Below, piece after piece: positions 25,365 through 34,028 of a stretch of DNA of 64,000 nt. Every line of letters starts with the position of its first letter. The first letter of the stretch is position 1. The stretch is from Verrucomicrobiota bacterium. GTDB lineage: Bacteria; Chlamydiota; Chlamydiia; Chlamydiales; JAAKFR01. The notes under the pieces are model-generated. The model did no database searches. It saw only the letters and a program-made list of their open reading frames with translations, and was not told the origin of the DNA. The translations under genes and the position numbers were made by a program. The stretch lies in contig JAFEGP010000019.1 of NCBI GenBank assembly GCA_018239815.1, positions 36,096 through 100,095 on the forward strand. Reading direction: 5' to 3'.

Positions 25365-26960
25365 ATGTCTGATGGTAAGGAAATTATTTTTGAATCTGAG
25401 GCACGGGAAAAACTTGGTAAAGGCATTCGCCAGCTAGCAGATGCAGTACGCGCTACATTAGGCCCTAAAGGAAGAAATGTAGGGTTAGAAAAAAGCTGGG
25501 GCGCACCTACTATCACCAATGACGGTTATTCCATTGTTAAAGACATTGAACTTGTTGATCAGTTTGAAAACATGGGCGTTGCCATGGCCAAAGAAGTAGC
25601 AGGTAAGCTTAAAGATAAATGCGGAGATGGAACAACTACTGGAACTCTACTATTAGATGCTCTTGTTCAAAATGGCATTAAAGGTATCGCTTCAGGATCT
25701 AGTCCTATTGGTATTAAACGCGGCATGGATAAAGCAGTAGAAGCCATTGTTAAAAAATTAGAATCTATGGCTCTAGACGTCAAAAATTTTGAAGAAACAA
25801 AAAATATTGCCACAGTTTCCGCTTCTGGAAATGAAGAAATTGGAACTTTTATCGCTCAAGCCATGGAAAAAGTGGGACGTGAGGGAGTGGTTACAATTGA
25901 AGAAGCAAAAGGAACAGATACAACTATAGAGCTTGTTGAAGGGATGCAATTTGACCGCGGCTATATCAGCCCTTATTTTGCTACTGATCAAGAAAAAATG
26001 AAATCTGAGATGTTGCATCCTTTAATTTTAATTACAGATAAAAAAGTTGCTTCCATTCAAGATTTAATTCCTGTTTTGCAAAATGTCGCTACAACAGGAC
26101 GCGAATTACTAATCATTGCTGAAGATCTTGAAGCCGATGTTTTAGCAACTCTTGTTGTAAATAAACTCCGTGGCACTTTAAAGACTGTTGTTGTCAAAGC
26201 TCCCGGCTTTGGAGATCGTCGTAAAGCCATGTTAGAAGATATTGCTATTTTGACAGGAGCAACTGTGATTTCTGATGAAGTAGGCATTGCATTGAAAGAT
26301 GCAACAATGTCTATGCTGGGAACCTGTGATCGTGCTGTTGTATCAAAAGAAGACACTACACTAGTAGGTGGGACAGAACACCAAGACAAGATTGCAGCTC
26401 GTATCAAGCAACTAGAAACCGAACACGAACAAGCTACAAGCTCTTATGATAAAGAAAAACTGCTCGAGCGCAAAGCAAAGCTTAAAGGTGGAGTCGCCGT
26501 TATTCGTGTTGGAGCTGCTACAGAACCTGAACTTAAACAACGTAAGCAAGCTTTTGAAGATAGCTTAAATGCAACAAAAGCCGCTTTAGAAGAAGGTATT
26601 GTCGCAGGAGGAGGAGTTGCTCTTTTAAAAGCAAGCGAAGTCGTAACCTCCTTAAAGCTCTTGGGCGATGAACGTTATGGAGCAGATATTGTTATTAAAG
26701 CTGCTGAAACGCCTGTGCGTCAAATCATTGAAAATACAGGTCTTGAAAGCGCTGTCATGATCATGCAAATGAAAGAGTCTTCTACTCCTTCTTTGGGTTT
26801 TAATGCATGCAGCGAAAAAGTGGAAGATCTCTTACATGCCGGTGTGATAGACCCAGTGAAGGTTGTTAAAAACAGCCTAATCCATGCAGCTTCTGTTGCT
26901 GGCATTGTCTTGATTTCGGAAGCTTTAATTGGTGACGTGCAGGAAGAGGAGCAGGACTAA
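25365..26960 (+). CDS. groEL: Chaperonin GroEL paralog (GroEL3-like; no C-terminal GGM repeat)
   Basis: ATG at 25365 follows [38 protein letters not shown] and VAGGGVALL are present. The protein ends GDVQEEEQD rather than with a Gly-Met tail. No groES is adjacent. Confidence 0.9.
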   Translation: MSDGKEIIFESEAREKLGKGIRQLADAVRATLGPKGRNVGLEKSWGAPTITNDGYSIVKDIELVDQFENMGVAMAKEVAGKLKDKCGDGTTTGTLLLDALVQNGIKGIASGSSPIGIKRGMDKAVEAIVKKLESMALDVKNFEETKNIATVSASGNEEIGTFIAQAMEKVGREGVVTIEEAKGTDTTIELVEGMQFDRGYISPYFATDQEKMKSEMLHPLILITDKKVASIQDLIPVLQNVATTGRELLIIAEDLEADVLATLVVNKLRGTLKTVVVKAPGFGDRRKAMLEDIAILTGATVISDEVGIALKDATMSMLGTCDRAVVSKEDTTLVGGTEHQDKIAARIKQLETEHEQATSSYDKEKLLERKAKLKGGVAVIRVGAATEPELKQRKQAFEDSLNATKAALEEGIVAGGGVALLKASEVVTSLKLLGDERYGADIVIKAAETPVRQIIENTGLESAVMIMQMKESSTPSLGFNACSEKVEDLLHAGVIDPVKVVKNSLIHAASVAGIVLISEALIGDVQEEEQD

Positions 26961-27854
26961 TTGCGCATAGCGGTTATTGCTGCACGTGGGTTAGGAGATG
27001 GATTGATTTCCATGGTCCTAACCCATAATCTTTGTCGTGCAGGGCATAGTGTAACATGTTTTAGCTCGGTTCTCTGCCATCTGCGACAATGGTTCCCGGA
27101 CAAAACAATACAGCCCTTTCCATCAAGCACAGATTTCTACTCTACATTTTCTCAATTTGACCGTTTGATTGTAGCAGATCATGCTTGTGTCAATGAACAC
27201 CATCACTTTGGTAATGAATGCATTATTTTAAAAGAAAAGGAATTCAACCGTAAGCTTACGATGGTTGAGAATCTTAAGATTGTCTGTTCTCAACGTTTAG
27301 GCTTAAAAGATGTGACAAGCGACAATGGTATCCAAGCTCCTCCCTCTTTAATCCATGGTCGTTTTCCTCAGCGTATTATTCTCCATCCTATGAGTACCTG
27401 TCCTAAAAAAAATTGGCCAGCCGAACGCTACCTAGATCTCTATAAGAAATTGCAAGATGTTTCTTATGAGCCCGTTCTTTGTGTAAGCCCTGAAGAACGT
27501 CTGGATTGGAAAAATATAATAAAAACAGACTTGTATCTTCTACCTGTATTCCCCTCTCTGCATGATTTGGCCTGCTATATCTATGAATCCAAAGCCATGA
27601 TTGGAAATGACTCCGGAGTAGGACATTTAGCATCATGTCTAAAAATTCCAACGCTTTCTCTTTTTGCACGTAGAAGCCATGCTGCTTTATGGAGACCTGG
27701 TTGGGGATATGGACAGATTTTAACAGCACCGGCCTTCTTAATTGGTGCTCCTCTTCAGCAAAAACTATGGAAAACAACGCTTTCCTCTCGATCTGTGACA
27801 AATACATTCCTAAAAATGATGCAAGAGATTAAGCATCATAAGATCTCTTCTTGA
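26961..27854 (+). CDS. Glycosyltransferase family 9 (heptosyltransferase-like)
   Basis: 297 aa. MRIAVIAARGLGDGL at the N-terminus and IGNDSGVGHLASCLKIPTLSLF at the C-terminus are GT9 hallmarks. The TTG start directly abuts the groEL stop. Confidence 0.75.
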   Translation: MRIAVIAARGLGDGLISMVLTHNLCRAGHSVTCFSSVLCHLRQWFPDKTIQPFPSSTDFYSTFSQFDRLIVADHACVNEHHHFGNECIILKEKEFNRKLTMVENLKIVCSQRLGLKDVTSDNGIQAPPSLIHGRFPQRIILHPMSTCPKKNWPAERYLDLYKKLQDVSYEPVLCVSPEERLDWKNIIKTDLYLLPVFPSLHDLACYIYESKAMIGNDSGVGHLASCLKIPTLSLFARRSHAALWRPGWGYGQILTAPAFLIGAPLQQKLWKTTLSSRSVTNTFLKMMQEIKHHKISS

Positions 27855-27960
27855 TTTGCGTGGTTTTTTCATCACACACCAAAAAATGCTAATTTGATTG
27901 GATGAAATAAAATTTGAGATTTGGCTATATTTTTAATTAACTAACAAGCTGACGACACAC

Positions 27961-28803
27961 GTGCGTATTTTACATTTTTCAGATCCTCACTTTTCTTATA
28001 TTACATTTGATCCCAAACAATTTTTATCCAAACAATGGCTGGGAAATTTTAACTTAGCTTTATTCCGCAGAAATCGTTATCAAACTCACCATTTAGATAA
28101 AATCCCTCAATTGGCCTCGCAATTACAGGTAGATGTCGTACTCCTCACTGGAGATATGACCTCAACATCTCAAATCATTGAGTTTGAAATGGCCAGGGAT
28201 TTTGTTCAGTTATTTGAGCAACCTATTTATGTCCTTCCAGGCAATCACGACATGTACACAAAGCATGCTGAAAAGCATAAAGTTTTTTATTCTTTTTTCC
28301 CTTCTGATCTCATGCAAGCGACATGGATAGAAAAACACCGTTTAACAGAAGGATGGTGGTGGGTAGGTTTAGACTGCGCACGGGCTAATAACCTTTTAAA
28401 ATCTAACGGTGTTTTCCGAGCAAAAATGGATCAGCACCTAGAAGGAGTCTTAAATAGTATCCCTGAGAAAGACTCTATTATCATAGGCAATCATTTTCCT
28501 CTCTATACCCGCTCTCGACCTGCCCATGACACCGAACGAGCCTCCGTCCTACAAGACATTTTACGTCGTCATCCAAATGTTAAGCTTTATTTACATGGTC
28601 ACGACCACAAAGCTTACATCCATGACAGGCAACACGAAGGATATCCTCTTGTCTTAAATGCCGGCAGTTGTGCTTATTTACCTGGAGGAACTTTCTATTT
28701 GCTTGATCTTGATACACAAAAATGTGAACTAACGCGTTATCAACGCACCAAAGATTACGAATGGGAACCTTCTGCCCCACAAACATTTAAATGGAAGAAC
28801 TGA
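27961..28803 (+). CDS. Calcineurin-like metallophosphoesterase
   Basis: 280 aa. HFSDPH, LTGDMTS, PGNHD, GNHFP and HGHDH form the full metallophosphoesterase motif set. Confidence 0.8.
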   Translation: MRILHFSDPHFSYITFDPKQFLSKQWLGNFNLALFRRNRYQTHHLDKIPQLASQLQVDVVLLTGDMTSTSQIIEFEMARDFVQLFEQPIYVLPGNHDMYTKHAEKHKVFYSFFPSDLMQATWIEKHRLTEGWWWVGLDCARANNLLKSNGVFRAKMDQHLEGVLNSIPEKDSIIIGNHFPLYTRSRPAHDTERASVLQDILRRHPNVKLYLHGHDHKAYIHDRQHEGYPLVLNAGSCAYLPGGTFYLLDLDTQKCELTRYQRTKDYEWEPSAPQTFKWKN

Positions 28804-29014
28804 GCATAGCCTCTGCAATTTTGGCAGGGTCAGGATTAACAGAAGAGGGAGTGCGCGTCACGTCAGGCATGTTTTTTAACATCTCTACCCAACCTTCAAT
28901 CTTATAAGCCTCAGCAGAAATCTGACAATCCACTCGCGGTTGCCGTTGTGTAGCAGCAACACGTCTCAATGATTGTAGCTCTGTAATGTTTGTAATTTCC
29001 ATCATCCCCCTCAT
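28787..29014 (-). CDS. Small hypothetical protein with a FlgM-like (anti-sigma-28) sequence pattern
   Basis: 75 aa. RVDCQISAEAYKIEGWVEMLKNMPDV......AKIAEAML resembles the FlgM family pattern D.V.lS.EA......L...PDVR....KIAe.ML, with the central helix shortened. The ATGA overlap suggests translational coupling with the upstream HAD gene. Confidence 0.35.
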   Translation of the reverse strand: MRGMMEITNITELQSLRRVAATQRQPRVDCQISAEAYKIEGWVEMLKNMPDVTRTPSSVNPDPAKIAEAMLSSSI

Positions 29015-29682
29015 AACATCTTCGCTCTTTTTTTCAAAATAGAGTCAAGATCCAATGCTGTTGGATGAGGAAAAATCATATCGTAACCGCTTAAAGAATC
29101 TGTCGGATAAGTCGTTGCTAAGGCTACAACAAAACAACCAGCTGCTTTTCCTGCTTCAATCCCAACTTGGGCATCTTCAAAAACAACACAATATTTTGGC
29201 GGAATTTCTATTTTTTGCGCTGCAGCCAAAAAAATGTCAGGGGCTGGCTTCCCATGCTCAACCTGTTCTGCTGAAACAAAATCAGTAAAGTAAAGACCTA
29301 CATCTGTTTTTTGCAAAAACATTTCTAAATTGGCTACAGGCGTAGAAGAAGCGATAATATGCGGGATACCAGCTTGCATAACTTGTGTCAAAAACTGCGC
29401 CATCCCAGGCAACAGACCAAGTTGATTTTCTGCCAATTGACGAAATAATTCTTCTTTTCGATAAGCCCATTTTTTGTGCTGAGCCTGAGACTGAACAGGA
29501 GCTAATTCTTTAAGAATTAATTCATTTCGCTTGCCAAAACCTGAAAAAAACTGGTCCTGTGTCATGCAAAAAGAAGGATCTTCCTTTTGCAAAAGTTGCC
29601 AAGATGCCCAATGCAAATCATGGCTATCAGCCAACACTCCATCAAAATCAAATAAGAAGCCTATATTATTCTTTCCAGACAA
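29011..29682 (-). CDS. HAD-superfamily hydrolase (beta-phosphoglucomutase/phosphatase subfamily IA)
   Basis: 223 aa. FLFDFDGVLADS (motif I), ASSTP (motif II) and the C-terminal FEDAQVGIEAGKAAG. Confidence 0.8.
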   Translation of the reverse strand: MSGKNNIGFLFDFDGVLADSHDLHWASWQLLQKEDPSFCMTQDQFFSGFGKRNELILKELAPVQSQAQHKKWAYRKEELFRQLAENQLGLLPGMAQFLTQVMQAGIPHIIASSTPVANLEMFLQKTDVGLYFTDFVSAEQVEHGKPAPDIFLAAAQKIEIPPKYCVVFEDAQVGIEAGKAAGCFVVALATTYPTDSLSGYDMIFPHPTALDLDSILKKRAKML

Positions 29683-30595
29683 AAGGAATTACCTCTCTAA
29701 TATGTTGTGCCTGATGTCGCAGCATCATCAACCGATCAAAACCTACAGCAACCCCGCAACAATCCGGTATTTGCGCAGCAAGAAAATGTTCATCCAAAAG
29801 ATAAGGGTCTTTATTCAATTCTCTTCTTATCTGTTGATTGCTAACCAGACGACGGCGTAACTCTTTTAGATCACCTAGTTCATGGTAACCATTGGCAAGT
29901 TCAATACCTTTATAAAATAGCTCAAACCTTTGTGCTAAAACCCCATCCTCTGTTGTTGCAGTCTTAGCTAACATAGCTTGCTGAGGAGGGTAATCACGAA
30001 TCACTGTAAGAACTTCAAGTTTAGGTTCTATATGAAGAGCAAAGCAACGATCTCTTTCATCTATTGTTGAAGGAAACTCTCCTAATATTTTCCAAAAGAT
30101 CTCTTCATATCTATAGACTTCAACAGGCTGCTCTCCAACAAACAAGGTCACATACTCTAAAGTTTCATCTATAAGAGCTTCAAAATCTGTCCCCAGATGA
30201 TACCACTCCGCCATGGTAAATTCTGGATTATGCTTTTCTCCTAACTCTTGATCACGAAAAACATGGCCTAGCTGATAACAATCTTTTATACCTAAAGCCA
30301 ATAAACGCTTCATCCCATATTCAGGGGATGAATGAAGATAGGCTTTCTGTCCCATACATGTAGCTGTTACAAGATCAATAAAAGGGTCAATAGGAGCTGT
30401 GGCTGTTAAAATAGGAGTATCGACTTCCAGAAGACCACGTGCCTGAAAAAAGGCACGTGATTCAGCTAGCATTTTAGAACGATCGAGGAGTATTTCAAGT
30501 TTATTTGTTAACACGGCTGACGTATTCGCCTGTTCGTGTGTCAACTTTAATGACTTCGTCTTGTTCAATAAAAATAGGGACTTGGACTTGTGCAC
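29666..30595 (-). CDS. epmA: Elongation factor P--(R)-beta-lysine ligase (EpmA/PoxA/GenX); start uncertain
   Basis: Class-II LysRS-like core: RAFFQARGLLEVDTPIL, SPEYGMKRLLA, FRDQELGEKHNPEFTMAEWY and GVAVGFDRLMML. The longest ORF overlaps efp by 95 nt. Alternative starts are TTG 30544, GTG 30514 and ATG 30472. Confidence 0.8.
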   Translation of the reverse strand: MHKSKSLFLLNKTKSLKLTHEQANTSAVLTNKLEILLDRSKMLAESRAFFQARGLLEVDTPILTATAPIDPFIDLVTATCMGQKAYLHSSPEYGMKRLLALGIKDCYQLGHVFRDQELGEKHNPEFTMAEWYHLGTDFEALIDETLEYVTLFVGEQPVEVYRYEEIFWKILGEFPSTIDERDRCFALHIEPKLEVLTVIRDYPPQQAMLAKTATTEDGVLAQRFELFYKGIELANGYHELGDLKELRRRLVSNQQIRRELNKDPYLLDEHFLAAQIPDCCGVAVGFDRLMMLRHQAQHIREVIPFVWKE

Positions 30596-31073
30596 CAGTG
30601 CTTAATGTAGCAGGCTTCATCACACGACCTGAAGCTGTATCACCCCGCACACCAGGAGCAGTCTCTGTAATTTTCATTTCCATAAAAGTAGGAGGTTCAA
30701 CCGTAACAGGCTCTCCTTTATAGAAAATAATACTATACACAACATCATCCACAAACCAGTTTTTTACATCCTCAACCTTAGACAGAGGAATAGTAATTTG
30801 CTCAAATGTCTCATCATGCATAAGTGTAGCACCCTCATGATCTACATAAAGCAAACGCATCTTAGCTTCTTGAACATCCGCTTCTTCAAGAGAATCACCT
30901 GATTTAAAGGTTTTTTCTACAACACGTCCTGTCATAAGATGTTTTAGACGTACTCTGTTAAAGGCCTGACCTTTACCAGGTTTTACAAACTGGTTAGAAA
31001 CAATTGTATAGGGTTGTCCATCGACTTCGACTTTGATTCCTGCTCGAAAGTCATTTGTAGAAATTTGCGCCAT
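30501..31073 (-). CDS. efp: Translation elongation factor P
   Basis: ATG at 31073 (MAQISTNDFRAGIKVEVDGQPY) follows AAGGA. The KPGKGQAF loop carries the modifiable Lys. Confidence 0.9.
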   Translation of the reverse strand: MAQISTNDFRAGIKVEVDGQPYTIVSNQFVKPGKGQAFNRVRLKHLMTGRVVEKTFKSGDSLEEADVQEAKMRLLYVDHEGATLMHDETFEQITIPLSKVEDVKNWFVDDVVYSIIFYKGEPVTVEPPTFMEMKITETAPGVRGDTASGRVMKPATLSTGAQVQVPIFIEQDEVIKVDTRTGEYVSRVNK

Positions 31074-31147
31074 AATTTTCCTTGATTCACCAATCAAAAT
31101 GGCGATAGACTAACACAAAAAGTAGATGCGATGCAATCTTTTAACCA

Positions 31148-31993
31148 TTGTGTCTTATTCTAAATGTTATTGAAGGAGAAAAATTGGAAAATTTTCGTGA
31201 AACAGATCCCCATGAAGCTCAAATTGCAGCCGATACATTAGAACGTTACTCAGGTTCCCTAGTGGGAGATTTTAGATCTTTTTTACTTCTGACAAATTTC
31301 CATCGCTATATACGTCACTTTGCAGAAACACATCAAGTCCCTATTATGGAAGGCTCTATGTTCTCTTGTGCTCATGCTCCAGATTTAGATGTGAGTATTA
31401 TTGATTTTAAATTAGGTTCTGCAGCCGCGGCCCTGATTGTAGATCTCTGCTCTTTTTTACCTAATGTTAAAGCAGCTGTCATGTTGGGTATGTGCGGTGG
31501 ACTACGTAGCCATTATGCTGTAGGAGATTATTTTATTCCTCTAGCAGGAATTCGAGCCGAAGGAGCTTCCGATTTCTATTTACCCTCTGCCGTTCCTGCC
31601 ATGGCCAACTTTTTAGTACAAAAAGCTGCCTCAACAGTTTTAGAAGAGAATAAAACCCCTTATCATATTGGCATTACCTACACAGCCAATATCCGATTCT
31701 GGGAATTCAACGAAGCTTTCAAAGAAAAACTTCAAGACACAAAAGCTCAAGCCTATGAAATGGAATGCGCTACGTTATTTGCTGCCAGTTACCGACGCAA
31801 CCTTCCCTTAGGTGCTTTATTGCTTATTTCTGATTTGCCACTAAGTCGTCATGGTATTAAGACTAAAGAAAGTTCAAAAAAAGTTTTTGATACTTACACA
31901 GATGATCACATTCAGAAAGGAATTCTTACTGTACAACTCGTTGATCAGATGTTGAAACAAAAAATGAAAGGGGCTTACCGTGCTAAAAACTAG
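31148..31993 (+). CDS. amn: AMP nucleosidase-like protein (PNP/UDP phosphorylase fold)
   Basis: MLGMCGGLR...GDYFIPLAGIRAEGASDFY...EMECATLF. The start is more likely TTG at 31184, which follows AAGGAG. Confidence 0.75.
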   Translation: MCLILNVIEGEKLENFRETDPHEAQIAADTLERYSGSLVGDFRSFLLLTNFHRYIRHFAETHQVPIMEGSMFSCAHAPDLDVSIIDFKLGSAAAALIVDLCSFLPNVKAAVMLGMCGGLRSHYAVGDYFIPLAGIRAEGASDFYLPSAVPAMANFLVQKAASTVLEENKTPYHIGITYTANIRFWEFNEAFKEKLQDTKAQAYEMECATLFAASYRRNLPLGALLLISDLPLSRHGIKTKESSKKVFDTYTDDHIQKGILTVQLVDQMLKQKMKGAYRAKN

Positions 31994-32768
31994 CTTGATC
32001 GTGTTATTACTGACCTGTTCTCTTTATGCTCTTCCTGTTGGGAACCCCGCTGAGCCTGTACTGCTAGGTAATGAAAAGCCTGCTAGTATGCGTTTAGGTT
32101 ATTATAATGACAGTGTTGGCTCCACTCCTTTAGTTGCTGGCAATTGGACTCAACAAGCACGTTGGATGACAAATTCCGGACAAGTGATTGTGAATGTCTT
32201 GGGCAGAATGGATTTTTTTGCAGGAGCTGGGATTTCCACGTTTCGTACTTCTCCTCATGAATTAAGCGCAACCTTACCTCAAGATGGCAATGCTAATGCT
32301 TGCCTTTCTGTACGCGCTCTGCCTAGTTTTTCTTACAGTTTAGGGATGAGAGGTACGCTTCTGCGCCTATTAGGATTCTCTTTAGGTGCTGAAGCAGAAG
32401 TGTTGCGTTCTCATCCTCGTCCTTTTTTTACCACTACACGAGGTTTAGACAACAAAAAACCTCTTGAAACAACCATGACTCTTTCGCAACGCCAAATAGG
32501 CATTGCTGCTAGTTATACCCTTCCTACTCCTATTTTGATGATTCCTTATGCTGGGATGCGCTGGAGGCAAGTTAATTTTAATTTCGATCAACTTGTTGCC
32601 CCAGCTTCACTGGGAACGGGAGCTCAGTTAAGAGATTTACAACAACTCACTCCTTGGGGATCTGTTCTAGGACTTTCTTTGGTAGCTGAACATCGATGGA
32701 CAGTGTCTTTAGAAGGAGATATCTGGCAACAGCCGTCTGGAAGCTTAATTGCCCAGTTGCGTTATTAA
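31980..32768 (+). CDS. MOMP-family outer-membrane beta-barrel porin (short form)
   Basis: 262 aa. Signal peptide MLKTSLIVLLLTCSLYA, then LPVGNPAEP, which is identical to the start of mature chlamydial MOMP. Alternating beta-strand pattern ending in an aromatic residue (..AQLRY). Confidence 0.7.
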   Translation: MLKTSLIVLLLTCSLYALPVGNPAEPVLLGNEKPASMRLGYYNDSVGSTPLVAGNWTQQARWMTNSGQVIVNVLGRMDFFAGAGISTFRTSPHELSATLPQDGNANACLSVRALPSFSYSLGMRGTLLRLLGFSLGAEAEVLRSHPRPFFTTTRGLDNKKPLETTMTLSQRQIGIAASYTLPTPILMIPYAGMRWRQVNFNFDQLVAPASLGTGAQLRDLQQLTPWGSVLGLSLVAEHRWTVSLEGDIWQQPSGSLIAQLRY

Positions 32769-33853
32769 TTTGTAAGGTTTGTGTAACCGCTGTTGAGCAT
32801 GTAGGCAAAGATCAATTCTAAACGATGTCTGACATTTACATCGAAATACTCCAGGGTTCCATCAGCAGTTTTGCGCGCAATGACTACCTGCTCCGCGTAA
32901 AATGAATCCAAATCTTCTTTGGGTATGCCTGTGAGTTGCCAACCACACAATTCTCCTTGGCCTGTTTCAAGGGTGTTCCAGGCTAAAATACGAAACGAAT
33001 GAGGGGTTAAATCCTTACACTGATCCTCTACATTTGGCACCAAATCTTGCCGAAACACAAAACAATGGTGGTAATCTGCAAGCCAGTTTTCCTTCTGATG
33101 CCAAGGATCCATATCCATAGAATCAGAACGAGGTTGATCATGATGATGAAAATGTCCAGCTATTTGATGTAACAATGATGCAGCCGCATCCAAAGGGTGC
33201 CTAGCTACTTCTAAATAATGAGCTAATTTCCCTCCTTTAGCGGGATGAGATAGTTCACTAGAAGAACCTTCTTCTTCTTCATCATCAGAGTATTCCCAGA
33301 CGAGTTGTGTTGATACCCCTTCTGGCAATCGACAATGTTGTAAAGCTAATGCTCTTTGGTATAAAGATGCTTCTACACCCATCGGACTTTGCACATTGTC
33401 TTCTATCACAAATTCAGCCATTCTCATTGCATCCTCAGCCGAAGAAGGAGTTCTAGATAATAGAGTAGCCGAATTCAAAAACTCTGTTTCATGGTGAGAA
33501 GGAGGTAAATCTGCATCCCCTTTCTGAATTTCTTGATTGCACCTTTGAGATCGAAGATATTTGACAGACAGGGCCGCAGCAGCCACTGTTGAGATTGTTA
33601 GAATGGCTGCATTTGCAGCAGTTCCTGTAGAGGTTACCCAACTCAAGGCATGTGGTAGTGCCCCTATGTGGGCACTTAAACCCATTATACTCATCCCTGC
33701 CGAACAACCCAGGATAACTATAGCCATAATCATGGCTGCCATATCCTTACCAGAGCCCAAAAAACGAGAAGGCTGTGATAGATCAGGAAACCCCTTCAGA
33801 GGAGAAGAAAATTCCGTCAAAGCTAAGTCAGAAGGAACCTTATTATGAGACAT
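32765..33853 (-). CDS. Inc-like membrane protein (bilobed hydrophobic domain) with an unknown C-terminal domain
   Basis: 362 aa. After about 37 hydrophilic residues come two hydrophobic lobes, MAAMIMAIVILGCSAGMSIMGL and TGTAANAAILTISTVAAAALSV, separated by about 16 aa. An acidic run DDEEEEGSSSE and a His-rich patch follow. Confidence 0.5.
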   Translation of the reverse strand: MSHNKVPSDLALTEFSSPLKGFPDLSQPSRFLGSGKDMAAMIMAIVILGCSAGMSIMGLSAHIGALPHALSWVTSTGTAANAAILTISTVAAAALSVKYLRSQRCNQEIQKGDADLPPSHHETEFLNSATLLSRTPSSAEDAMRMAEFVIEDNVQSPMGVEASLYQRALALQHCRLPEGVSTQLVWEYSDDEEEEGSSSELSHPAKGGKLAHYLEVARHPLDAAASLLHQIAGHFHHHDQPRSDSMDMDPWHQKENWLADYHHCFVFRQDLVPNVEDQCKDLTPHSFRILAWNTLETGQGELCGWQLTGIPKEDLDSFYAEQVVIARKTADGTLEYFDVNVRHRLELIFAYMLNSGYTNLTN

Positions 33854-33964
33854 AAAACCTTTTATTTTTTATATGAAACGATTATAACAAAAAATTATTA
33901 ATTAATAATAAAGTCATAAATTAATAAAAAATAAATAAAATTAATAAATTATGAAAATTTTATA

Positions 33965-34020
33965 AAAAAATAAAAAACAAGATTTTGCACAGAAGGTTTG
34001 GTCTCAAAACTTCTGTGCAA
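33965..34020 (-). terminator. Rho-independent terminator of tkt
   Basis: TTGCACAGAAG (33985-33995) pairs with CTTCTGTGCAA (34010-34020), an 11-bp stem, followed on the minus strand by a T-rich run. Confidence 0.75.
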
Positions 34021-34028
34021 AAGGATAA

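Noticed and set aside
30501-30595. The 95-nt efp/epmA coding overlap, considered as a possible programmed overlap or frameshift site.
   Set aside because: Start-codon ambiguity explains it more simply. Internal starts at TTG 30544, GTG 30514 and ATG 30472 all preserve the conserved EpmA core. No slippery sequence was noted.
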